DNA of 64,000 nt from Camelus ferus (taxonomy: Eukaryota). The position numbers were made by a program, and so were the translations under genes. How positions within the stretch are numbered: the stretch's first letter is position 1; each line of letters opens with the position of its first letter. This document shows positions 28,021-39,297 of this stretch, piece by piece. The stretch spans positions 50,780,001-50,844,000 of the forward strand of contig NC_045696.1 in assembly GCF_009834535.1 (NCBI RefSeq), read 5' to 3'. The notes beneath the pieces are model-generated. The model saw nothing but the letters and a program-made list of their open reading frames with translations. It was not told where the DNA came from and made no database searches.

Positions 28021-28381
28021 AGCAATTTCCTCTGGGAAGTCATGTTGATGGATGACAGGGATTGGACAAAAAATTGTTGTCTTTCATTACAAGTTCTTTG
28101 GTTCTATTTTATTTTTGGTTTTTTAATATGTACATGCTCGTGTGTTAACTAGATATAAAGTAATTAATTAGTCAGAAACAGAAGTAAATATGCATGCCAC
28201 CATTTGGTTTGTAGAAAAAAAAAAATTAAACCAGGGGGGTGTGAGCTCAGGAAGTTATCACCAGCAATGACAAGAGGATTCCTGGGGAGTTTAGGAAGTA
28301 GAAGGTACTTCCAGAGACCTCTCATCTGACCACTTCAATTAAGCCACTGTAAACTACTTCATTCAGCTATATACTCTCAAA

Positions 28382-28773
28382 GCCAAAAAGAGACAGAAAA
28401 ATACCATATGACATCACTCATACGTGGAATCTGAAAAAAAAAATAGAAAGAAAGAAAGGACACTATGAACTTATCTACAAAACAGAAACAGACTTGTAGA
28501 CTTAGTAAACAATCTTATGGTTACCAGGGAAAGGAGGTGGGAGGGGATAAATCTGGGAGTTTACAAATGTTAGCCACTATATATAAAAATAGACTTTACA
28601 AAAGTTTTCTTTGTATAGCACAGGGAACTATGCTCAATATCTTTTAATAACCTTTAATGGAAAAAAAAATCATGAAAACGAATAAATGTATATATATATG
28701 CATGACTGGGACGTTGTGCTGTACACCAGAGATTGACGCATTGTAATTGACTGTTCTTGAATTTAAAAAAAAA
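28382..28773 (+). mobile_element. LINE-1 3' UTR insertion ~50 nt from the exon 16 donor
   Basis: Poly-A end. TSD cagctatatactctcaaa (28364-28381) / caactatatgctctcaaa (28774-28791). Confidence 0.9.
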
Positions 28774-28822
28774 CAACTATATGCTCTCAAATATCTTAAC
28801 TAGCAGGACATATGGATCCTAC

Positions 28823-28953
28823 CTATTCTGTAGCTTCATTAGGCCAAGGTGATGTTTCTCTTTTTCCCAAGCTAATTCCTTCTCCACTTGATGAATTTTA
28901 TTAGCAGTTTTTCTGTCAATCTCAGCACGAATTTTGGAATCTAGATCAAAATC
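28823..28953 (-). CDS. CFAP44: CFAP44 window exon 16 (131 nt)
   Basis: tgcag|GAT TTT…CAG AAT AG|gtagga; [43 protein letters not shown]. Confidence 0.93.
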
Positions 28954-30404
28954 CTGCAGATAAGTGGATTTGTTCATCAAAATGGGTACTTACAGCAATG
29001 TACCTTATCATATTTCATACATGAATACATACTTTTAAGATTTGTCTTCAATTTCATGCCACATAACTCTTAAATATCACAAACTCTCTCATTCTAGAAA
29101 GAAATAACATACTTTTGATTTTACTGCCACAAAGTATGGAGAAAAATTCCCAGAAATAATTAAGCCACTATATATAAAAATGGAAATAAAGTTACATATT
29201 AAAAAAGATTTTTCCCACAATAAAAACAATGAATGCCAACAGAATATTTGGAGAGTGTACAAAGTTAAAACAAAACTCTCTACCCCAAAGCAACTACTGT
29301 TATATAACCAGCTGTGCACAGGGTAGTTCATAGCAGTTGATCATTAGCTGAACATCCCCTCCCATGTGACCCCACCTAGGAAAGATGGCAGTGTCTTTGG
29401 CATCTTCCTGATAATAACCAAATGCTGATTGAATGTCCTTCACCAAAGGAGCCATTTTCCCCATAAGGATGCTTAGGTCTCATGTTTGTTTCCTTCATTC
29501 CTGGAAAGATGTCAGGGCCTTCATTCACACTAAGTGGTAAGTAATGATGTATGTATAAATCTGAGCCACAGAACTTACCTCAGTTGTTCTTAATTTTGAA
29601 TTATGTCACCCATATTCTGCAAGTGTCAATCTTTTCTTGGGAAAATAACACGAACATCTTTTAACCATTACAAGTTAATATTTTAACCAATATAATGAGT
29701 TAATTATTACGATTTCACTGAAGTTTGTTTTTTGTATATATATACACAAAACTGGCTAAATGCTTCTGGAATTATAGGACTGGGTAATCTATAGATATAG
29801 TCAGGAGCATAAATTCTGGGCTTTTATTTGATTAGGTTCTTGATAGTAATTCCATTTAAGATAATGTAAAAAGTGGGAAAAAATTATTACTAGCAGATAG
29901 CTGGAGGCTTTGTGATACATCACAAAAGAAAAAAATTAGCACAAAATTAGCTTAAATAATTTGGTGTCCTCATACCTACAACTAAACCAAGTCATCTTTT
30001 AGAAACTTTTGTGGATAAACCAGGTACTATCTTTTCAATAGAGCTGATGAATTACAGAAATGGAACCACAGAAAATCAAATTATACAGTATGTGCCTATC
30101 CAACAGTTAGCTATCTTGGCTAGGTATGATAAGGACTGATAACCAGATTCAAACTTATATTTGTATCTTATTACCCAAAAAATGTGAAGTAGCTAAATCC
30201 TGAAGTAAACTTTGTTAAAGAGGCTTATCTATATTCAAACCAAGTTGTATGACAAGTTCTACAGTAGTTTAGTTGCTGTCAACACATTGGCCAGATAAAG
30301 GGAAATTTAAAGATGATTTTAAGCATTCCTGCTTGGCAAAACAGCAGTCTCAATTCAGAAATAGCCTAATGCTAAAATTAAAATCAAATTTATTTTAGGC
30401 TTAC

Positions 30405-30567
30405 TGTCCGTTTGAACTGCATATGTTTTGGTAATTCTTCATTCATCTGTAGTAGTTTCCATAATTCATTCCTCAAAGCTTTGATTTGTTCTCTCTTTCC
30501 AGCCTTGATCTCTTCCACTTCTTTCATTAATTTGTCATGTTCTCTTTTTCTTCTGGCATTCTCAATA
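30405..30567 (-). CDS. CFAP44: CFAP44 window exon 15 (163 nt), coiled coil begins
   Basis: ttcag|T ATT GAG…CGG ACA|gtaagc; [54 protein letters not shown]. Confidence 0.93.
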
Positions 30568-30721
30568 CTGAAAACAGAAATTTAAAAGGATAACAGGTTA
30601 AAGATACAGAAACAAAGAGAAAATTAGTATTCAATAATTTGGAAATTCATTTAGCTTGGTCAACTTCAGTAAAACGTTGGTTTTGCAAAACCTAGAAGAT
30701 ATTTATCAAAAATTCCCATAC

Positions 30722-30777
30722 CTGTAGGCTTTAGGATCATCAATATCTTCTGGAATTGGTTCTGATTCTATCCCAAA
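30722..30777 (-). CDS. CFAP44: CFAP44 window exon 14 (56 nt)
   Basis: tacag|TTT GGG…GCC TAC AG|gtatgg; FGIESEPIPEDIDDPKAY. Confidence 0.92.
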
Positions 30778-31901
30778 CTGTAGGAAAAGGAAAAAAAAGG
30801 TTAGTTCCTTTAAACTGCGTATTTCCCTTAAAGTATGTAATAAGGAGTAAGTCGAGAGTTTTTTCCTGCTAATTTCTAACAGTCGTAGTCGTATTTTCAC
30901 AAAAAATAAACCAGGGAAAAAATGTATTTGTTTCTATTTCACTTAAAGGGATAGGTGGAAAAAGTCTTGAAACTCAATCACATGTATGCAAAAATGTTAG
31001 TATCACCATATTCTCTTAAAAATGTGAATTATTAATATTCATGTGTTAGTGACAAAAAATACAAAAAGTCCTCCAAGTCACTTATTTTAAAATACTGTTT
31101 TTTAGCATATCCCTTTCATACATGGTTTGATGTCCCCCAAAATACCCCATGTGTACACTTTAAATATATGTATTTTTAAAATTTTAAGTGTTTCACTCAA
31201 CCTCATCAAAGGCATTCAATGGGAAATACATAGGATAATATAATCCTTCTCCTTGAGAAAGATACGAAATATGAATCTCCCTTTAGAAATTAATTAAAAT
31301 TAAGGAGTACTATGAAAGTAAATCACTTATTCAGATGCTGTGCTGAAAAATATCTTAAGCTGTTAAAGAGGAATTATAACACAGCCAACTAAACAAAAAG
31401 ACTTAGTTTGCTAGCTAACCAGTTCTCAAGTAAAACTGAACTTGTTTATTTTCTGTTCTCTTTGTTCTATTTTGCTGTCATTTGTTGTAAAGAAATAAAG
31501 ATTCTCTCTTGATCAAGTTGTTTAATTACAGTACTAGTCTTTATACACATAAAATATAAATCTACATTTATGTAACACAAGGTTTATGACTTTCACAAAG
31601 TGAAGTCATAAAATATGACCAAGGTAAGAGAAAGTGATGGCTAATACATTTTACTTACTTGATTGAATTTTTTTATTCTTTTATTGCTCAGAACTAAGCC
31701 CCTTGGTTTTCCAATATCAGTTGTGATTTCCAGGATTTGATACTGGAATCAGCCAACCAGCTCCTGACCTCAGCTGTCTACAATAAATTTCAGTTAAACA
31801 AAGGGGCTTCCAAACAGTTCCAAAATATGTACCAATTGCTCTCAATCCTGGCTGCACAGTAGAATCAGGGGGGCTGGGGTGGGGCGAAATTATATAAAAT
31901 A

Positions 31902-32395
31902 CGTATGGTCCCCAACTTACAATGGTCAACTTAACAACTTTTTGACTTTACAAAGGTGCAAAAGCAATATGTACTCTGTAGAGACCATACTTCAAGTTTT
32001 GAATTTCAAGCCTTTCCTGGCTAGGGATATCTGACAGATCCTCTCTCACCATGCTGGGCAGCTGCTGCAGCCACAGCTCCCAGGCAGCCACACGATCATG
32101 AGGGCAAACAACTGACAGACTTACAACCATTCTGTACCCATGCAGCCATTCTCTTTTTCACTTTCAGTACAGTAGGCAACAAATTACATGAGATAGTCAA
32201 TATTTTTTGTTAAATAGGTTTTGTGGTAGTTGACTTTGCCCAACTGCAGGCTGATGTAAGTATGCTGAGCATGTTTAAGGTAGGTAGGCTAAGCTGTGAT
32301 GTTCAGTAGGTTAGGTGTTTTCAGCTTATATTTTCAACTTATGATGGGTTTGTCAGGACACAACCCCACTTGTATGTTAAGTTGCAGAAGGTCTG
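31902..32395 (-). mobile_element. Tigger5/MER47-type DNA transposon nested in a MER5-type element (~31835-32505)
   Basis: TA duplication at both ends, degenerate terminal inverted repeats, and recognisable internal sequence (gtaggctaagctgtgatgttcagtaggttaggtg). MER5-like halves flank it. Confidence 0.8.
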
Positions 32396-33528
32396 TACTG
32401 GTGCCTCGGCCTCAACTTCAGAGATTCTGATTTAATTGCTCATGGGTGGGGCTCAGGTATCTATACTTTAAAGTGCTCCCCAGTAATTATAAAATACAGT
32501 AAGAACCTCAGACCTATGCAGAGCTTGGCTTTTTATTTTGTTTATTGAATTCTTTCTGATTTTGCCTTCTTAAAAGCAGAGTCTGCTTGAGTGACTTAAG
32601 AGATACTGACCGCAGTTGTACATAAAAGAACACCATTATGCAAACATGGAATGGGTTTTTTTCTCTCCAATATGGGTTTACATAGAGAGAGTTAGCACTA
32701 AGTAGAAAGATAAAGATTTTCATCTTGCTCGTACACTTTTCCTTTTTAATCCCTCTTCCTGAGCTGGATCTCTTTAGACAACAGTCCATTCTCCAAGTCT
32801 TGCTGCTATTAATAGAAATGGAAATTTACCTGGTCATATCTTCCCTACATTCTTTGTATGTTCTTTTGAAGTGGGCTACCTGTTAAATAGGAAGCCAATG
32901 TGCTCATAAGAATTTTTATTATGGTCTTTCTAATATAATTTCTTATTCTTTAGGAGCAGTTCTAATGGTTATTAGTAATTTTATCAAAGGATCCATTTTG
33001 ATAATAGAAAATTCAGGTCCTACAATAGGGTAAAGAAATATAATTTGGGGATCCGAACCCTCAATCTTTATTACAAAGCCAATAATGTATTCTGCCTAAA
33101 AATAATTTAACTGAATCTTTGATGCTATTGTCATATTCTAATAGTAAAGACAATATTTTTACAACCCCTCTCAAAGGTACAAATTATGGTATACATCCTA
33201 CATGCACCTCTTCAACAAGCGAACAAATAAACAAAAGGCAAAATTTATATCTGAAAAAAAATCCATCTTGAAAACAAAAATTTGATTGAGAAAGTGATTG
33301 AGATAGAAAAACAGATAGTCTTTTTAATTGGGGGACTTCTACACCTTTAGTAATGAGGTAAATTCAACATCTTTAATATTTGGTAACAGAGGCACCAGAA
33401 AAGCAAAAACATAATACTGCTAGGAAGGTAAATGTGTCTAAACAGTCTCATTTTTAAAGAATATGAGTGTTTTAACATCACTATATTAAAATAAAGTTTT
33501 CATTGTTGTTAGTCAGATAGTTACCTAC

Positions 33529-33799
33529 CCTTGGGGATGGCACTTTGGCTTTCATGCCTTTCTTTAACTCAAATTCAGAAAGAATGCTAAAAACAAAGAT
33601 ATTACTATCTGCTCCAGCAGTCACCAAGAAACGATCATCAAAGCTAGTGGAGAGGGACTTAACACATCCATAGTCATTGTCATGCATATTGAAGTGCCAG
33701 TATTCCTCCATGTGGGTCAATGAAAGATCGTCGTGACTTAGGATATAGACTCGAATTGCTCCATTTTGCATTCCACAAAACATCATATCTTGGGTAATG
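33529..33799 (-). CDS. CFAP44: CFAP44 window exon 13 (271 nt)
   Basis: catag|C ATT ACC…CCA AGG|gtaggt; [18 protein letters not shown]…[18 protein letters not shown]…KAKVPSPR. Confidence 0.93.
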
Positions 33800-33892
33800 C
33801 TATGAAACAAAAGGAAAATAAATTGTTTCTTCATATTGATCTGAAAATGTTTTACATTAATTGACAAACGGCTAAATTTTTAATAACAAAGG

Positions 33893-33971
33893 TGTTATGA
33901 ACTAAACTGTCCCCATCAAATCCACATGTTGAAGCCCTGACAAACTATGGCAGCCCTAGCAAATTAAGACA
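33893..33971 (+). mobile_element. Internally deleted MLT1 LTR (only the two ends remain)
   Basis: 5' end tgttatgaactaaactgtcccc…atgttgaagccct is fused to 3' end tatggcagccctagcaaattaagaca; compare the full LTR at 41629-42005. Confidence 0.7.
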
Positions 33972-34403
33972 AACAGGTAAGAGGAGGAAAAGCCAATTTG
34001 AAATCTGGAGCTATTTATCTTTGGTCTTCAAAAGAATGACTAGCATATATGCTTAATCCTCAGTTAGCAAAGGACTAATGATTCAATTTGTGATTTCTCC
34101 AGAATCACTGTAACCCTGAACCTTCATTATCTGACCATGCAGTAGCATCTTCCTAAGCAACAGAAAGAAAATCCGTACAATTCAATTGTGTGCTACATTC
34201 TGACAGAATATTTGATGAAAGGGATTGAAATAGTTTCAGGATTATCTTCGGTTCTACTTTATTCATTTGCTTTATTTAACTAAACATTGTTTGAGTGCCT
34301 TTTCATTTGGACAGTTCTTTAAAACTGACAATATTCATCATGAACAAAAACAGCCAATAATGGGGTAGTTTTTTTTTTTAAAGCTTTCTGAAATTCTGTT
34401 CAC

Positions 34404-34549
34404 CTGAAAGTGATAGTTCTGATGGGATTATCCTCTGTATCCTCAACAAGACGGAAATCAAAAGGTTCATCTTTCTTCGCTGTGATATCACTGTTTCTGT
34501 CATATGGGGGGAACTCACAGTGATACAGAAAACCAGAATCATAGCCGCC
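34404..34549 (-). CDS. CFAP44: CFAP44 window exon 12 (146 nt)
   Basis: ttcag|GGC GGC TAT…ACT TTC AG|gtgaac; [17 protein letters not shown]…DNPIRTITF. Confidence 0.93.
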
Positions 34550-35199
34550 CTGAAAAGGAGATAAACAACATAGAACATGGTACCTGAATGTAAGACACAC
34601 ATGAGCACATGAGGACTTTTTGATCATTTCAAATTTTAAAACATAAAACAAATGTCTTAAAACATCCATATTTATATGGTTTCTATTATTATAAGTTTTA
34701 TAAAGCATTTCCATTTTTTCATTTACATGCAGTTATATAATTATAATAATACATCTTACAATGATTTGTTCCACTTAAAAGGCAATATAAGAGAGATTTC
34801 TTGTCTTCTTCCCACTTCTACCTACCTACTGAATTTCGTTGTATTTTCAGTATTACTCTGAATAAGTAGTGTTTAATAATAGAGTTTTACAGGTCATGGT
34901 TTTCAAAGATTTTCCATCTAGGACACTTTCTTTTTCTCCCGGAGGCTACTGCCAATTCTAAAAGTGGCAGCTGAGAGGCCAAGAAGCTAAGCAGAGCAAA
35001 CTGTAGTGTCTTGGATTTAGGGAGAGAGAATTTCCAGGGTCCTCCAAGGAGCAGTCATTGTAAACACACCTTCCACTGGGCTTTCCATTACAACCCTGGT
35101 GCACTCTTCCCTACATGTATGAGTAAACTAGGTATAGACTGGCACTCACAGGAGGTAAAGCCTAATTTCAAGTCATCTCAGTCCCTGACTGGATGAAAG

Positions 35200-36290
35200 A
35201 GATCCAGGATTTCTAGCTGCTTTCCAGAACCAAAAATAAGTCTCCAGAAGAGAATGGCAACATACAGAGACTCAAGCTAATGCTACAGTTTTTCACATAC
35301 AAAGGCTAGCATTTAATTTAAAAACAAAAACAAAAACTAGGCATAAGAGTAAAAACAGATCAAAGAGACAGAATTATAAGAGAGACTGATAGAGGTGTTT
35401 TCAAAAGGGAATTCAAAGTAACTATGATTAATGTATTTAAGGAATTTGAAGGAAATATAGAAAATTTTAGAAATCAACTAGAATTTATAAAAAACAGTAC
35501 ATAATGGAAAAATGAACATTCTAGAATTGAAAAATAAAATGACAGAAATTAGAAATTCAATAGATTGGTTTAAAGGCAACTTGATCAAGCTAAAGCTAGA
35601 GTTATGAAGCTGGAGCAGAATAACAAAACAAAACAAAACAAAACAACACAAAAAACAAAAGTAAAAAACAGACAAAGGCAGGAGGGAGAAAAGAAGGATG
35701 GAAAATACAGCCAAAAAGAGGAGTGTAAGACACATATGGGACATAGTGATGAGGGTTAACATACATAAAATTGGAATTCCACAAGGAGAGAGTAAAAAGA
35801 TGGACTAGAAGCAATGTTGTAGTAGATAATGTCTGAGAATTTTCTAAAACGGAGTAAAAATATGTTGAGATTCAAGAAGTGTTGTGAACCACAAGCAAGA
35901 TATATATGAAGAAATTAGACCTTTTATCACCAAATCTTAAAACCGACAAGAGAAAAAAGATACATGAGGTTTCAAAGAAACACCAATAAAAAGATGTAGC
36001 TGGCAGAATGGAAAAGAAAAAATAAAAAGATACCAAAGTTTTGAAAATATCTAGCAGAAACAGAATTTTTTAAAAAGACAAAATAGGCACTATAAAGCAA
36101 AAATCTCTCAAAATCCAAACCAGAGCATTTCCCACCAACAGACCAACACTAAAGAAAATATTAAATGCTATTTTTAGGCAGAAGATGCAATTACAAAGAT
36201 ATAGAAGGGAATTAACAGCAAGAAAAAGGATAAACCAAAATGATGCTGACAATATAAAACAATAGTAAAATGCCTTTTGGGGAGTTGGCA
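35200..36290 (+). mobile_element. Ancient L1/HAL1 ORF1-like remnant
   Basis: A-rich decayed ORF1-like motifs (gaaattagaaattcaatagattggttaaaggcaac; aattttctaaaac). Boundaries are approximate. Confidence 0.6.
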
Positions 36291-36344
36291 AATAGGTGGG
36301 TCAAGCAGGGTGAGTGTCTCTACCTCTGAACTATACCTTAACCT

Positions 36345-36810
36345 TGTGTGCCGGTGCAGTTTAATGGTTAAGAGCATGGACTCTAGACCCAGACTGCCCG
36401 AGTCCAGATCCTGGTTCCACTTCTCATTAATTATACAACCTCGGATAAGTTCCCTAACTTCTCCGTGCCTTGGTTTCTTCTTATGTAAAACGCGAAGTAT
36501 AAGAGCATTTATTTTATAGGGTGGTCACTTAGACTGGTGCCTGGTATAGAATCAGCAAGTTTCCGTACTTAGCAAACAAAAATACAGAATGTATATTAAC
36601 TTACTGTGGTAATTATTTTATGATATATGCAAGTCAAATCATTATGCTATATATCTTAAACTTACACAGTGCTACATGTCAATTGCACCTTAGTAAAACT
36701 AGGAAAAAAAATTTTAAATACAGGATGCACAGTTGAATTTGAATTTCAGATAAACAAATATATTTTTAATATATGTATGTCCCATGTAATATTTAAGTGG
36801 CAACCCAAAA
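36345..36810 (+). mobile_element. MIR fragment followed by a MER53-like element split by a short L1 3' end
   Basis: MIR core at ~36345-36525. MER53-like halves flank an L1 tail, with duplicated aaatacag(a/g)atg. Confidence 0.65.
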
Positions 36811-37889
36811 GGTAAACAATATGTTTGTTATAAAATTAATAATTTTTGCATGTATGTTTCAAGGACAGTAGATCTCTCTTATATCACAGTTGCTTCTGTG
36901 CCCCTCTCCTTCATGGTATGAGGACACTTCCAGAGGGCAGGGCCATGTCTTACTTATCCCTTTACCCCTTGAACTCAACACAAGTAGCCATCAATAATTC
37001 TTTCATAAAACACATAAGACAGACAAAGGGTAGATGCACAAATAAATGGAATCTTAAGGTGTTTTCATCACTACTTTCTATCCTTCTTGCTGCTGGCCTT
37101 CGTACAAGTCGCTATGAAAGACATATTTCTAAGAAAAGCTGAAGAGGAGAGGAGTTAACTCTCACCACGCCTTATAGCAACAGTCCTTAGCTAGTCAGTT
37201 CCCTGGCCTGGCCAAAGGTCTGAGACCAGTTATGCATTAGTGATAATCTTTCAAATATACTTTTGTGTCAATTATTACCTTTTTTTGGTGAATGGAATTG
37301 AAATCTGTGACAAGTTTATAATGAAGGAAATCTCACTTTGCAATAGATTCAAAAATGTTTTGTAAGAGTAAAAAATATATAATTGTCACATCACTGTGAC
37401 AGTCCCAGGTATTTGTCTCCCCATTATTTTTCTCTTCTTCCTTATTAGCCACATCCCAATTTCGTTCAGAGAGGCAATGTCACCATTTAAAAACAGTCAT
37501 TTCCCCGGACTTCCATGTGGCCACAAAGCAGAGTTATAGATAATCAAAGGCAAGCAAAAGTCTACTGGGTAGTACTGTCATTAGAATCAATATCTTAAAG
37601 CAACAGATGCAGCTGGAAAAGCCTTTTGGCCTTTGCCCTTCTCCTTTGGTTCTTCCCCCCTTTGACCTCCTCAAACATGTATGATTGTCATAGATAACAG
37701 ATATAACAAGTTGTCATATAAAAAGGATACTAAGATGATATAAAAACTCACATTTATTCATCAAAATTCATACTTTCGACAGTAATTAATAAATGAAGAC
37801 TTAACATAGAGTAAGGAAGTAAGAATGTGCTGGAAATAATAACCATATTGGATTAGGGCTGAAATAAAATTTATTACATTATTACTCAC

Positions 37890-38120
37890 CAAAGAAACCC
37901 AGAACTTCCCTGGTCCAGAGTAGAATCCACAGAGGATGTGACAGGGGGTTAAAGGAATAAAGATTTCGGGCAATGGCTCCTCTTCCTCCTCCTCCTCTTC
38001 CCTGTGGAGTTCCCTTTCTCCATCTTCTCCCATCTCTTCTGCTAGCTTCTTCCTTCTTTCTTCCTTTTCCTTCTCCTTCAACTCCTTTCGTTTCTTTCTC
38101 TTTTCAATTTCTATTAATCT
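37890..38120 (-). CDS. CFAP44: CFAP44 window exon 11 (231 nt), charged / poly-Glu insert
   Basis: caaaag|AGA TTA…TCT TTG|gtgagt; [25 protein letters not shown]…[16 protein letters not shown]…GKFWVSL. Confidence 0.9.
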
Positions 38121-39135
38121 CTTTTGCAAAAGGGATATTGAGGAGATATAAACACAGCCGTAATTCATTCATTCATTCACACTATTAGAGATGACAAAGA
38201 AAGTAAGAGGTAGACAGTCCTACAAAAACTCACATCTCTAATGTAAAAATGTCATTCAAAAATAATTATCAATTTGGGGGATGTATTTTTATTGTTAAAA
38301 TTTTAAAATCATTGGAGTGACTTTCTGTCTTACTCCCACTGACCCTGGTTTTACAGGAAGTATTTTGACTTTGTTTTCCTAATAGAAAAGCTAACTACAG
38401 TTTCTCTTAGAGCCTATCACTGTCACTCCATGAATTAGGCATATTGAAATAGTCCACAAGGGAAGTTGTTTCTACATTTAGTGTTACAGTGATTCAGACC
38501 CTCTGCCTCTGCCAACTATTGCAAAAGCCTCCTAACACTGGCATCCCTACCTCCCATCTTTTACCTCTTTATTCCATTTTCCCCTTAGAATTAAATTCCA
38601 AATTTATATGATCGCATCACTTAATCCTCTCCTCAAAAACTCACAATGGATCCTAATGGCCTAAGAATTAAAACACCTTGGTTGGTGTTTAAGGAGCCCC
38701 ACATGGTGGTCACAATTGCATCCCTCTGTCTCAGAGTCCATTCTTCATTTCCCCAAAACACCAAAAACTCTTGCAATTCTGCCTTCCTTCAGGATGTTCT
38801 CCCAGCTTTAACTGCCTTCTTCCCCATTTTCATCTTCTCAAAATCCTTCCCATTCTTTAAGTACTAAATGTCACCTCCATGAAGTCATCCTTGACCTCCT
38901 TTCACCCCTCCATCAGAATCATATATTCTTTCCTGTGCATGCCCCTAAAATTTTATTTGCACCATGATTTTCATATCTATTCATTACCGCCTCCTAATAC
39001 AGTTAGCTACTTTCCACCAGATAAGCTCCTTGAACTCAATGTATTAATCATCTTTGTTTTTCCCTAGCACTTAACACAGAATAATTTATATTCTAAGAAA
39101 AAATTAGAAGATAATGCTTCAAGGATATTTCATAC

Positions 39136-39297
39136 CAGAATCTTAGATTTGACACTTGAGAAATGGAAACATTTTATGCACATGTCTTTGATTTCATAGG
39201 AAACTACATCATGATCCTCTTCTTCCTCCTTTACAGTTGGAAATGGAGCTTCGAGAACATAGCCATTCTCACAGATTATCAGTAAAGTACTTTCAGG
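39136..39297 (-). CDS. CFAP44: CFAP44 window exon 10 (162 nt)
   Basis: tttag|CCT GAA…ATT CTG|gtatga; [54 protein letters not shown]. Confidence 0.93.
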
